Origin: a virus
Lineage: Duplodnaviria; Caudoviricetes
Direction: 5' to 3' (one strand)
DNA length: 34,579 nt
Virus record (IMG/VR): IMGVR_UViG_3300032225_000083
Span: 1-34,579 of that record
Of this stretch, positions 1-8,850 are shown one piece after another; the stretch's first letter is position 1, and each line of letters starts with the position of its first letter. Under the pieces are notes generated by a model. That model saw nothing but the letters and a program-made list of their open reading frames with translations, had not been told where the DNA came from and searched no databases. The position numbers were made by a program, and so were the translations under genes.

Positions 1-101
1 TCTCTTATTCGCTGGGCGTGCGTCAAATCATCTTTTACAACTAAGGATAAAAATGTTAATTTCTACCACTCAACAATTTAATAGCTATAAAGAATTTAAA
101 A
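1..101. repeat. Left copy of terminal direct repeat (circular overlap)
   Basis: Matches 34479-34579 at 95/101 nt. Confidence 0.95.
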
Positions 102-682
102 ACCCGCCAGCTGGTAGCCATATTGGTCGCCTTTATAAAATTGTAGATATAGGCACTCAAATAGGTGAATGGCAAGGTAAAGCCACACAAGCTCGTAAAA
201 TGATTTTTTACTTCGAGCTACATGGTGAGGATGACAAAGGGTTGCCATTATTGAACGACGACGGCAAACCGTTAATTTGCACAAAATACTACAACGCTTC
301 TCTTGGCGAAAAGAGCACCTTACGAAAGCATCTGCAATCGTGGCTGCATCTTGATTTTAGTTCAATGCCACAAGGGTTTCAAGTTGAAAGCATCTTAGGT
401 AAGTTTGCAATGGTGAACATTACAACCTATCAAAAAGATGGCAAAAGCCGCGCTTTAATTGAGGGTTTATCTGCCGTTCCTGCCATTGTCGCAAAACATG
501 GATTGCCAGACGGATTTAACGACATATTTATGTTTGATTTAAATAAGTTTGATAGCGCAAAGTTTGATTCTTTGTCTGATGGCGTTAAAAAAATAATTAT
601 AGATTCGCCAGAGTATCGAAAACTTACTAAGCAGACTGAGCCAGTAGAGGCTACAAACTTTGACGATGACATTCCATTTTAA
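53..682 (+). CDS. Phage ssDNA-binding/replication protein (NGO0469-like) with SSB-type acidic tail
   Basis: PAGSHIGRLYKIVDIGTQ N-terminus; C-terminal DDDIPF matches the canonical SSB tail; AAGGA RBS. Confidence 0.75.
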   Translation: MLISTTQQFNSYKEFKNPPAGSHIGRLYKIVDIGTQIGEWQGKATQARKMIFYFELHGEDDKGLPLLNDDGKPLICTKYYNASLGEKSTLRKHLQSWLHLDFSSMPQGFQVESILGKFAMVNITTYQKDGKSRALIEGLSAVPAIVAKHGLPDGFNDIFMFDLNKFDSAKFDSLSDGVKKIIIDSPEYRKLTKQTEPVEATNFDDDIPF

Positions 683-693
683 GGATAAAAATC

Positions 694-1404
694 ATGGCTG
701 GACATTGGTATAAAAAAGACGGTAACCCTATGTACACAATCATAGGAACTAACGGTAAAGAACGCGATACAGACCTGCGTGACGCTCGTAAACTTGGTCT
801 TGTGCCTTCAGTAACTACAATTTTAAAAGTTGCCGCAGCACCAGGCTTGGATATATGGAAGCAACAACAATTGTTAAAAGCTGTTGCAGAAGTTCCAAGA
901 CTTGATGAAGAACCTGAAAAAGAATGGTTTAGCCGTATTCTTAAAACTAGCAAAGAAGCTGGCGATAAGCATATGGATCGTGGCACCGATATGCACAACG
1001 TTATTGAAGATTATTTCAATAAAAAGCCTGGTGACTATCCTGCATATGTTAAAGAAACTTATTTTGCTGTTACAAAAGAATTTGGCAGCCAGAACTGGGT
1101 TTGTGAAAAGTCGTTTGCAGCTGACGGATACGGTGGAAAGGTCGATCTACATTGCGAAGATATTGTGATTGACTTTAAAACCAAAGAGCTGGTTGACGAT
1201 AAGACGGCAGCTTATGACGAACAACTAATGCAACTGGCAGCGTATCGAATGGGTTTAAACATTCCACACGCAGAATGTGCCAATGTGTATGTTGATCCAC
1301 AAGGTAACGTCAAAATAATCAGGCACGAAGAATCAGATATAGATAAAGCCTGGCTGTTGTTTACACATTTACTAGCATTTTATCGTATCAAAAACGCAAT
1401 TTAA
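694..1404 (+). CDS. PD-(D/E)XK exonuclease (Cas4/lambda-exo-like)
   Basis: PSVTTIL, RGTDMH, E...GKVD...IDFKT and QLAAY motifs. Confidence 0.85.
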   Translation: MAGHWYKKDGNPMYTIIGTNGKERDTDLRDARKLGLVPSVTTILKVAAAPGLDIWKQQQLLKAVAEVPRLDEEPEKEWFSRILKTSKEAGDKHMDRGTDMHNVIEDYFNKKPGDYPAYVKETYFAVTKEFGSQNWVCEKSFAADGYGGKVDLHCEDIVIDFKTKELVDDKTAAYDEQLMQLAAYRMGLNIPHAECANVYVDPQGNVKIIRHEESDIDKAWLLFTHLLAFYRIKNAI

Positions 1405-1410
1405 ACTTAT

Positions 1411-1436
1411 GGGTTGGCTTTGCCAGCCCTTTTTTT
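1411..1436 (+). terminator. Intrinsic terminator
   Basis: GGGTTGGC-TTT-GCCAGCCC followed by T7. Confidence 0.85.
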
Positions 1437-1476
1437 AATTTATAAGTACCACCTTTTTAACTTATCAATAAAGTTG

Positions 1477-1506
1477 TTGACACTAAACATTAACCTAGCT
1501 TAATAT
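1477..1506 (+). promoter_or_regulatory. Sigma70-type promoter with overlapping operator
   Basis: TTGACA-18-TAATAT; ATTAACCTAGCTTAAT at 1489-1504. Confidence 0.7.
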
Positions 1507-1537
1507 TCAATCTAGCAGCACACACAAGGACAAGGAT

Positions 1538-1810
1538 ATGTATATGACAAAAGATATTCACCGCCGTGGACTAGACGAAGGAATGGAAATTGCCCTTCGC
1601 ATGATTAACGAAACATTAGAAGTTAATTGCAATCACTTGGGTGAAGCAATTGCTCACGTGAATACAATTAATAGACAACGTAAATGGTTGAAACAAGATT
1701 TGGAATCAATACGCGAATCTTATATGCAACTTGCTGAACAATATAAAACCCTTCAATACCATTACGACTGTGCCATCTTAGATGCGAAAGGCTTAGATTA
1801 TGACCACTAA
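1538..1810 (+). CDS. Hypothetical protein (coiled-coil C-terminus)
   Basis: ORF with AAGGA RBS directly downstream of promoter. Confidence 0.75.
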   Translation: MYMTKDIHRRGLDEGMEIALRMINETLEVNCNHLGEAIAHVNTINRQRKWLKQDLESIRESYMQLAEQYKTLQYHYDCAILDAKGLDYDH

Positions 1811-1886
1811 TTATCCATTTCTTAGTATTGCTTTTGTTATATCACTTTGCATATTTGCCGAATCTATTGTGGAGTTCCTGCTATGA
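1800..1886 (+). CDS. 28-aa hydrophobic small membrane protein (not in ORF track)
   Basis: MTTNYPFLSIAFVISLCIFAESIVEFLL; fills operon gap; ATGA overlap with next gene. Confidence 0.55.
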   Translation: MTTNYPFLSIAFVISLCIFAESIVEFLL

Positions 1887-2083
1887 GCCAACAAGAAGCT
1901 ATTATTAAATGCCTTAAAAAAGGCTGGAAAAGCCCATTGGACGCTTTAAATGAGGCTGGCACTATGAAATTATCCACTCGCGTTGGAGAACTGCGGAGAG
2001 CAGGTTATATTATTCTTGACCGCTGGTCGCAACACCGCAAATTCAAATTGTATAAACTTATTAAATCGCCGGAGGCAAAATGA
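1883..2083 (+). CDS. Winged helix-turn-helix protein (HTH_39-like)
   Basis: SPLDAL...KLSTRVGELRRAGY motif; start moved to ATG 1883 (GGAG RBS). Confidence 0.75.
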   Translation: MSQQEAIIKCLKKGWKSPLDALNEAGTMKLSTRVGELRRAGYIILDRWSQHRKFKLYKLIKSPEAK

Positions 2084-2262
2084 ATCGTAACGGATTAGTG
2101 TTGTCAGATAGCTATATTTATACACCCGCCACAACTGACGTAACAATACGTTGGCGCAAATTGTATAACTGGGTTCCCCCTACTGAAAACCCTGAATTTC
2201 AGCGCAAATGGGCTCGATTTCGTCACATAACTGTTGCAGGTATTGAGGCAATTGGCAAATGA
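2080..2262 (+). CDS. Hypothetical protein
   Basis: GGAGG RBS; ATGA overlaps at both ends. Confidence 0.75.
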   Translation: MNRNGLVLSDSYIYTPATTDVTIRWRKLYNWVPPTENPEFQRKWARFRHITVAGIEAIGK

Positions 2263-2432
2263 CTTTGTGGAGAAAAAGAATAATGCAGGATCATAGGTTT
2301 TGCACCACTTGCAGAAAAAGTAAACCTATTGCTGGTGGTTATAAACAGCCAGGTTTATGCAGAGGCTGGCGTTGCGAAGATTGTTTAAATCACCGCAGCG
2401 TCAGCATTTATGCAAGTAAAAAAAAATTATGA
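2259..2432 (+). CDS. 57-aa Zn-ribbon protein (not in ORF track)
   Basis: RFCTTC...GGY...WRCEDC; GAGG RBS; ATGA overlap. Confidence 0.7.
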   Translation: MTLWRKRIMQDHRFCTTCRKSKPIAGGYKQPGLCRGWRCEDCLNHRSVSIYASKKKL

Positions 2433-2909
2433 CTGCAAATAGATAGCTCGTTCATCTTTACGGCGGTTCTCAAGTCCTTTTAAGACTTTCCCGCCAGACT
2501 TACAATACTTTAAAAACTCGTCGGCAGCACCTTCGTAATCACCGCGATTATGCTTTTGTCTGAGTGTACTGCGCTGTAAAGTTCCAAGCCCAACGTTAAA
2601 ACTGAAGCTGACAAGACTGTCCAGCCAACCTTGCTTATTGCCAGCAGTAGGACAATATTTAAGAACTCCGCGCTCAAATTTTTCCAAATCTTTTGCAAGA
2701 ATTGCATCAACTTCTTCCATTGTAAACAAACGATTCCAACCAGTAGGACAAGGTAGGTACTTCCTATCATCTACCGACAATTTCGTATGACTAGGATCAA
2801 TTACATGCCCAACGCCAACCGTCCACAATTTAGCCGGACATTGATAAGGCTTGAGCCTAACGCCCTCATGATGTTGTATTAACTTAATTGCGTTGCTAGA
2901 AACTTGCAT
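2427..2909 (-). CDS. Endolysin, GH24 phage lysozyme
   Basis: HEGVRLKPYQCPAKLWTVGVGH, SFSFNVG, GLENRRKDE; Cys at the position of the usual Asp in E-x8-D-x5-T. Confidence 0.95.
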   Translation of the reverse strand: MQVSSNAIKLIQHHEGVRLKPYQCPAKLWTVGVGHVIDPSHTKLSVDDRKYLPCPTGWNRLFTMEEVDAILAKDLEKFERGVLKYCPTAGNKQGWLDSLVSFSFNVGLGTLQRSTLRQKHNRGDYEGAADEFLKYCKSGGKVLKGLENRRKDERAIYLQS

Positions 2910-2923
2910 GATATATTTATTGC

Positions 2924-3015
2924 GTTGGGGCGTTAAGCCAGCGTTTGAGGATGTTGATGCAAGATGTTTTCTGGCTTTCCATCTTGCCTAGTCAAAGACC
3001 AAATCAAGCCCTAAC
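2924..3015 (+). ncRNA. Putative pseudoknotted structured RNA
   Basis: P1 2924-2931/3008-3015; stem 2959-2966/2980-2987; loop CTGGCTT pairs with AAGCCAG 2935-2941. Confidence 0.65.
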
Positions 3016-3533
3016 TACTTACCAAATGCTCTCCCGCCAAAATGGAACGCTATGATTGACGCAAACAAAGCCTGGGTTTCGTCATCCCACAACTGATTAG
3101 CCAACGTATTAAAATCAACGCCGCTTGTCAGTCCTTTATAAGCTAGTGTAGCGTCTATAGCCACAAGCAAAAAGAAAAACCCATAAGTAATTACAGGCCG
3201 CACAGATGCTCTTAAATTCTTCATCCATTGGCTTGTGCCTTCATTTAAGCTTATGTCATGGGCGTATATAGCTTGCATCTCCGCTTTTTGTGCGTCGATT
3301 AGCGATACTTTCTCCGCAGAGGCTGTTTGGGTCTTAATCTCGTCTAATTTAATTTCTTCAATGTGTTGCTGTGCTGCATAACCAGCCGCTGCCAATTGCA
3401 CCTCACGGCTAATCTGCATTTGCGCTAGTTCGAGCTCGTGTTTCTTGTCTGATTTATCTTGAAAGAAATCTAATATCTTAGGCAAGCCGCCCATTAAAAA
3501 CGATACAAGCGTTGAAAAAATTGTCAGCATCAT
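3015..3533 (-). CDS. Holin-like membrane protein (3TM-type)
   Basis: LRASVRPVITY and FHFGGR motifs; hydrophobic segments; adjacent to endolysin. Confidence 0.7.
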   Translation of the reverse strand: MMLTIFSTLVSFLMGGLPKILDFFQDKSDKKHELELAQMQISREVQLAAAGYAAQQHIEEIKLDEIKTQTASAEKVSLIDAQKAEMQAIYAHDISLNEGTSQWMKNLRASVRPVITYGFFFLLVAIDATLAYKGLTSGVDFNTLANQLWDDETQALFASIIAFHFGGRAFGK

Positions 3534-3817
3534 TCTCTTTCCATTAAAATTTTAGCGCGTAACTCACGCATTTTTTTTATTTCTATCATTGCGGCAACTG
3601 TTGCGTTGTTCATGTCCATATACATAATACCCATTACAGGAAGAGCGAGCACTAACACAAAACACAAGACCACCACGGCAATGAGTAAGCTCCACGGTAT
3701 GTCTCGCTCGTTCTTATCAGTATCATTAGCCATAGAAACCACAACGTTATGAACATTACCGCGAGAATTGAAGTCATCTGCTCCGCGATTTTTCTTTTTA
3801 AATTTTCCCGTTGCCAT
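3530..3817 (-). CDS. Single-TM membrane protein overlapping the upstream gene
   Basis: Hydrophobic LLIAVVVLCFVLVLALPVMGIMY then coiled coil; ATGA overlap with holin-like gene. Confidence 0.7.
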   Translation of the reverse strand: MATGKFKKKNRGADDFNSRGNVHNVVVSMANDTDKNERDIPWSLLIAVVVLCFVLVLALPVMGIMYMDMNNATVAAMIEIKKMRELRAKILMERE

Positions 3818-4263
3818 TGCGCCGCCTGTTGTTTGCGTAATTCTTGACGCTGAATTTCGGCGCGTTCCGCTTTAATCTTATCCCGCATTACTTCAAATTC
3901 AGACCAGATAGCACCCAGTTCTTTTGGTGCTTGATACACCATCATTTCACGCAATTCAGTTTCAAGTCGCTGCATTTCTTTCTGCGCCAAGATTCTGTTA
4001 AATGCTTCTTGGTTTACCGACAGCTCAGGGTCACGAACTTTCTTGGCTTTTAATTCTTCTTCGTGAACATGCTTTTCAAGTTGCTGATGCGCTTTAAAAA
4101 AATTTCCCAAATGACTGCTGATGTCAGAAACCACATCTTTGGCTTGACCATACGCATCAACCAATTCCATACCTTGCGCTTTGTATTCTTGATAAAGCTC
4201 GCAGCCCTTCCGCACAGCAGAAGCAGCAGTCTTTGCCAACGCAAGAATGGTAAGCGGATCAAT
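3652..4263 (-). CDS. Coiled-coil protein with C-terminal TM helix; probable ATT start
   Basis: Track ORF 3652-4239 extends in frame to ATT-GAT-CCG, giving (M)DPLTILALAK. Confidence 0.7.
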   Translation of the reverse strand: MDPLTILALAKTAASAVRKGCELYQEYKAQGMELVDAYGQAKDVVSDISSHLGNFFKAHQQLEKHVHEEELKAKKVRDPELSVNQEAFNRILAQKEMQRLETELREMMVYQAPKELGAIWSEFEVMRDKIKAERAEIQRQELRKQQAAQWQRENLKRKIAEQMTSILAVMFITLWFLWLMILIRTSETYRGAYSLPWWSCVLC

Positions 4264-4265
4264 TT

Positions 4266-4499
4266 TTATTTATGCCAAACGTTTATGAAATAACCAACAA
4301 GGCTAGATACGGCAGAAACAAAGGCCATACCAGCCCAAAACCCACCTTTGCCCTGATTTGCAAGTGCAACAAGTTTATCTATTTGCAATTCCATCTTATC
4401 GATTTTACTGCCCATTTCATCAAATCGGCGTTCATAATCCTGAACTTTTTGCCACAAAACACCGTACTTAACAGGATCAATAATATTTTCATCAATCAT
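4266..4499 (-). CDS. Small coiled-coil plus C-terminal TM protein (lysis-cassette associated)
   Basis: LANQGKGGFWAGM followed by hydrophobic tail; start at ATG 4499 (GGGA RBS). Confidence 0.75.
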   Translation of the reverse strand: MIDENIIDPVKYGVLWQKVQDYERRFDEMGSKIDKMELQIDKLVALANQGKGGFWAGMAFVSAVSSLVGYFINVWHK

Positions 4500-6768
4500 T
4501 TTTAATCCCCGCACCAGGCTTTAATGCTTTTTGTGTTTCTTTTGCTGCGGCACGACGAGTTCGCATTTCACTTACGGTTGTTCCTAGTTGTAAGCCTGGC
4601 ACAGCAGTATTTAATCCTGTTTCAGCAGCCTTCCCAACTAATGCCTTACCACGTTCAGCCAGCGCACCTACCAACGTATTTGAATTGTTTACAAATGCGC
4701 CTCTTGGTTGTGCTTGCGTATATCTGGCAACATTACCCAACGTTTTTAAACCTGTTGCTGTTTCACCATCAAAAATAATAGGCAACTTATTTGCGTCATC
4801 TAAAAATTTTAATGCTTTGTTGTATCCAGCTTGGCTAAAGTTTCCTTGATCGTCAATTATTCCAGCTCTGTCACGCAGATAATTAATAGTTCCAGCAGCC
4901 ATATGCTGACGCGATTCAGGGTCTAAATGATTAATCATTGTTTGAACATTTTTGTTATGCCCATTAATCACAAACTTTTCCACAAATTTTTCTGCTGGTA
5001 CTACATCATCAATCGCAGCCCTGTAAGCTGGATCGCGTTCAAGCATTTGAAATCTATTCTTTGCCGCACTTCTAGCGGCATCTGCTAATGGCTTTAGTTC
5101 TTTTGCGCCAGCTTGCAATGGTAATTTTTCTAATTCTTTAACCATTATTGATGCTGCTGTTCTAACATTGCCATCAGCAGACGTTCTAGCTACTTGTCCT
5201 AAATTTCTACGCAAAGACAAGAAATCCTCAAATGTCATTGCGTTTTCAGATGACAAACGTTGTAATTCTTTCATCTGAGAAACAGGAGCATCATTAGACA
5301 ACAATTGTTTTTTAAGGCTTGCTTCAACATTTCCTAACAAAGCTTTAGCATCCACAGGAAAATCGCCGCCAGCAGCATCGCGCAAAGCTTGATATTTACC
5401 ATCAATATCTGTTTTTAATGTGTTATCTAAAGTTTTGTAAGAATCAATTAGCCCTTGCCCATGATCCATGGTTCTTGATCCGTAAACATCAGGAGCTGTT
5501 TTATCTTTAAACGCATTTAGATTTTCTACAAGCTGACCATTTTGCTCATTAAATCTTTGCGCTAAAGCTGGGTCTTGTCCTCTGCGGTTTTGTTCTTTTG
5601 AAAGTTTAACAACGTCACCTGTAGCTTGCCCCTCAGTTAAACGAACTGGAACTGGCAAAGTATCTGCCTCAATATGACGTTGCAATGTTGGTAAATTTAC
5701 TTTATTAACAGGAATGTTTTGTAATTCTGATTTAAGTTCAGGCGTAACAACAGACAAAGCTTGTTGTACTGTTGCTTCTGTTGGCGTAGCAGCAGCACCA
5801 ACGCTTGCCATACCTGGCCGCAAAGTTGGTTCTTGCTTGGTAAATTTAGGAGTTACAGCTTCAACACCTTGTTTTAATGCAGCACCTGCTAATTTTGCTT
5901 CTTCTCCTACTGCCGCCAATGGTTTAGCCATTACTTTAGGTAATGCAACGCCCGCAGTAGCCATCAGATTTTCAATGTCAGCTTTTGGTAAGCCAGTTTG
6001 TTTAGAAATCCAATCAGCACCCTTGTCCAAATTTTGACCGACAAATTCCATAATTTGCCGACTAGCTTCATTTTTATATGCAGGAGTTTCAGTTACACCC
6101 AAAGCCTGACCTACTGGTTTTGTGTAAGGCTCAACAAATTGTTTATAAACTTCTGCTCTACCACGTTCTGCGGTTCCAGGCTTGACCAATCCCAAACCTT
6201 CACCAGCACGAACACCTGCATAGCCCACTTCAGCTAACGCAGTACCAGGTAACGCTTGGATGCCGCCGATAATAGTATCTGCCAAGCTTGCTCTGCTTTG
6301 CAAAGCCCTTTCACCCATGCCAAACTTTTTCTCAGAAACTTGTTTTACTTTACCCGCTTCTGGTTGAGCCTTTTCTGTTGGTAACGTATCTAACCAACTC
6401 CCAAACGTTGTAGGCTCCTCAGTTTTTGCTTGCTGTTCTTTTTGAGGCATTAAAACCGCATGAACTGGGTCTTTCTTACCTAATGGCCTATGAATGCCAA
6501 ACTGATTTAGAAATGACTCAGGAACAGACGCAGGAATATCAGCCGCTTCATTTGTTTCATGTTTAGAAGTGCCAGGCTTTGCTACCAAGTTTGGATTAGA
6601 TGCCCGTTCATTAAATAACTTTTCTTGCTGTTCGCGTGTTCTAAGGCCACTAGTAATAGGCATGTCTTTGCCATATTGCTTGCGGTAAGCATCTTTAGCC
6701 TGATCTAGCTTTGTTTGAAATTCGTTTTGAGTGCCAACCTCATCCAACAAATCAGCAAATGTAGCCAT
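4492..6768 (-). CDS. Large DNA ejection/internal virion protein with N-terminal peptidase M15 domain
   Basis: TSGLRT..QQ, AKPGTSKH...AAD, DPVH; occupies the position of P22 gp16. Confidence 0.75.
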   Translation of the reverse strand: MATFADLLDEVGTQNEFQTKLDQAKDAYRKQYGKDMPITSGLRTREQQEKLFNERASNPNLVAKPGTSKHETNEAADIPASVPESFLNQFGIHRPLGKKDPVHAVLMPQKEQQAKTEEPTTFGSWLDTLPTEKAQPEAGKVKQVSEKKFGMGERALQSRASLADTIIGGIQALPGTALAEVGYAGVRAGEGLGLVKPGTAERGRAEVYKQFVEPYTKPVGQALGVTETPAYKNEASRQIMEFVGQNLDKGADWISKQTGLPKADIENLMATAGVALPKVMAKPLAAVGEEAKLAGAALKQGVEAVTPKFTKQEPTLRPGMASVGAAATPTEATVQQALSVVTPELKSELQNIPVNKVNLPTLQRHIEADTLPVPVRLTEGQATGDVVKLSKEQNRRGQDPALAQRFNEQNGQLVENLNAFKDKTAPDVYGSRTMDHGQGLIDSYKTLDNTLKTDIDGKYQALRDAAGGDFPVDAKALLGNVEASLKKQLLSNDAPVSQMKELQRLSSENAMTFEDFLSLRRNLGQVARTSADGNVRTAASIMVKELEKLPLQAGAKELKPLADAARSAAKNRFQMLERDPAYRAAIDDVVPAEKFVEKFVINGHNKNVQTMINHLDPESRQHMAAGTINYLRDRAGIIDDQGNFSQAGYNKALKFLDDANKLPIIFDGETATGLKTLGNVARYTQAQPRGAFVNNSNTLVGALAERGKALVGKAAETGLNTAVPGLQLGTTVSEMRTRRAAAKETQKALKPGAGIKND

Positions 6769-8171
6769 TATTTAATTACTCCCAAAGCCCTTGCTTGATC
6801 GCGCATTTTGAGAATTTGCTGTTGCTCACTCTTAGACATAGAGTTCCACATTTTCTGAGCATCTGCCTTATCCATTTCTTGAAATAAACGAGGATCAGAA
6901 ATAGAGTCAAATGCTTGCTTACGATTCATGTATTCGTTAGCGTCATTTTGAGCAGGAGTTAAATAACGCGCTCTTGCAGTACGCATATTCTCAATACCAA
7001 TAAGCTGATTAGTAACGCGCAAAATACCTTCTTTGCTCATCTTATTATTTGGATTGGCAAACTCAGCCAATGCTCTAGCCGCATCAGTATTACCGCCAGC
7101 CATTTGTAACAACTTGGTATTTTTCATCAATTCATCAGTAGATGAAGTCTCAAGTTGATAAGCAGGAATTCCAAGCATTTGAGCAAAGCTTGCTGTTGCT
7201 TGTCTGCGATCTGCTGTCGGGCCTGTAAACGCTTCAGGCGTAAGCTTTTTGATATTTTGGAAAATGCCAATTCTTGCTGGTGCATCTTTAGCCTCAGCAA
7301 TAGTTCGCGGCAAATCTTCTGCAATAACTTTACCCGCAGCTTCCAACGTAGCTGCTTGTTGCGGAGCCAATCCAGTAGTTACTTGACCAGGCTTTCGTTG
7401 CGTAATAGGGCCAAGTAATTTGCGCTCTCCGCTTGGCGTAATTGTTTCTGTAGATGGTGCAAGCTCCTGTTCGTATGCCGTACCAGGTATAACTGTGCCT
7501 GGTGCTATTGGGCCAAATTCGCCAGTTTGAACCGCATAACCTTTTGCCCCTGTAGAAATAGGCATACCAGATGCAGAAACAGCCGAAGTTCTAGCAGATT
7601 GATCTAAGCCCTCAATGTGCCTCTGTTTAAAATATTGACGCAGTTGTTTAGGATTATTTTGAGCAATTTCCAAATAAGGTGAAATCAATGATTGCGCCTG
7701 ATCTTCTGGAATGCCCAAATCTTTAGCAATCCTCATTCCGTTTTGTTTTACTTTCGCAGCCAAAACAGAAGGGTCAACATTTTCACCACGTTCCGCAGCA
7801 ATAATCAAAGGGTCATTAATCATGCCGATTTGACTATCAGCAATTTTTTTCATTTTTGCAGATTGCAATTCCATTACTGAACCCGTTGCTTCAGTCTCAG
7901 CTTTGGTTTGTTGTGCCTTTGCCGTTTCAATTCTAGGCGTAGCTGTTTGTTCTGCAACTTTTGCTTCAGCAATTGCTTTTTTTAATTCTTCAGGAGTCAG
8001 TTGTTGCAAACGAGATAATTCAGCTTTTGCTTGTTCTACTTTTAAAGGATTAAGTTGTTCCGCTTGGCGGTAAGATTGTATTCCTTGAACTGAACGAATC
8101 ATTTCGCCCAAACTCATGCCTTCCACAGGTTTTATTTTTGTCGCAACTGGTTCAATATTAAAGTCAGCCAT
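6768..8171 (-). CDS. DNA ejection protein (P22 gp20 position)
   Basis: Ala/Gln-rich helical protein; synteny. Confidence 0.6.
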   Translation of the reverse strand: MADFNIEPVATKIKPVEGMSLGEMIRSVQGIQSYRQAEQLNPLKVEQAKAELSRLQQLTPEELKKAIAEAKVAEQTATPRIETAKAQQTKAETEATGSVMELQSAKMKKIADSQIGMINDPLIIAAERGENVDPSVLAAKVKQNGMRIAKDLGIPEDQAQSLISPYLEIAQNNPKQLRQYFKQRHIEGLDQSARTSAVSASGMPISTGAKGYAVQTGEFGPIAPGTVIPGTAYEQELAPSTETITPSGERKLLGPITQRKPGQVTTGLAPQQAATLEAAGKVIAEDLPRTIAEAKDAPARIGIFQNIKKLTPEAFTGPTADRRQATASFAQMLGIPAYQLETSSTDELMKNTKLLQMAGGNTDAARALAEFANPNNKMSKEGILRVTNQLIGIENMRTARARYLTPAQNDANEYMNRKQAFDSISDPRLFQEMDKADAQKMWNSMSKSEQQQILKMRDQARALGVIK

Positions 8172-8184
8172 AATTTACCTTTAA

Positions 8185-8850
8185 TTAACCTAAATATTGA
8201 GGCGCAGCTACAGATGAATTTTGTGGCCTCATTAGTGCGTACATCATTCCAGCGTTACCAGCTCCCTGCAACCCACCCGCCATAGCATTAGCAACACCAA
8301 CTTGACCACCAGCTATAGCGTTAGCCCCGCCAACAGCAAGCTGAGAAAGATTAGAACCAGTTTGCATTCCTAATTTGCCGCTGGCATCTACTGATTGTTG
8401 TCCAAGTCCAGCTATACCAGCTAACGTGTTATAAATTCCTGTTCGCTGAGTTAAATATGATGGTAATGCGGTGTTTAATGCATAATCAGTAGCAAACTTT
8501 TGCCTAGCCATATCTACATTTGAGCCAGGGCTTAAAACATTGCCATTTTGACTAACAGCCCCCAAACCTTCATTCATCCCAAATTGATAACCTGGTATTG
8601 ACTTAACATCTTCCGCTGTTGGCATTTTTGTAAAAAATGGCAACATATCCGTAATTTTGGTTAGCGCAGTTTTACCAATTTCTCGATACGGAGCTTGCTG
8701 CTCATTCAGAGTGTCAAACATCTTTTTCTGAATATCAGAAGCGTATTTAGTTCCCGCAAGTTGCGTATTAGCTGCATTTGTTGCAGCATCTGCTTGCATA
8801 CTTCCACCAATTAAACTACTTGCAGCAACAGCTGCCATCGCCCAAGTCAT
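8185..8850 (-). CDS. DNA transfer/pilot protein (P22 gp7-like)
   Basis: Gly/Ala-rich termini; QAPY and PGYQF motifs; synteny. Confidence 0.75.
   Translation of the reverse strand: MTWAMAAVAASSLIGGSMQADAATNAANTQLAGTKYASDIQKKMFDTLNEQQAPYREIGKTALTKITDMLPFFTKMPTAEDVKSIPGYQFGMNEGLGAVSQNGNVLSPGSNVDMARQKFATDYALNTALPSYLTQRTGIYNTLAGIAGLGQQSVDASGKLGMQTGSNLSQLAVGGANAIAGGQVGVANAMAGGLQGAGNAGMMYALMRPQNSSVAAPQYLG

Noticed and set aside
1-101. End-repeat mismatches as a diversity-generating retroelement TR/VR pair
   Set aside because: Mismatches are not adenine-specific, no reverse transcriptase is present, and the copies are exactly the contig ends
694-1404. Cas4-like nuclease as part of a CRISPR system
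   Set aside because: No repeat-spacer array or other cas genes; such nucleases are common next to phage SSB genes
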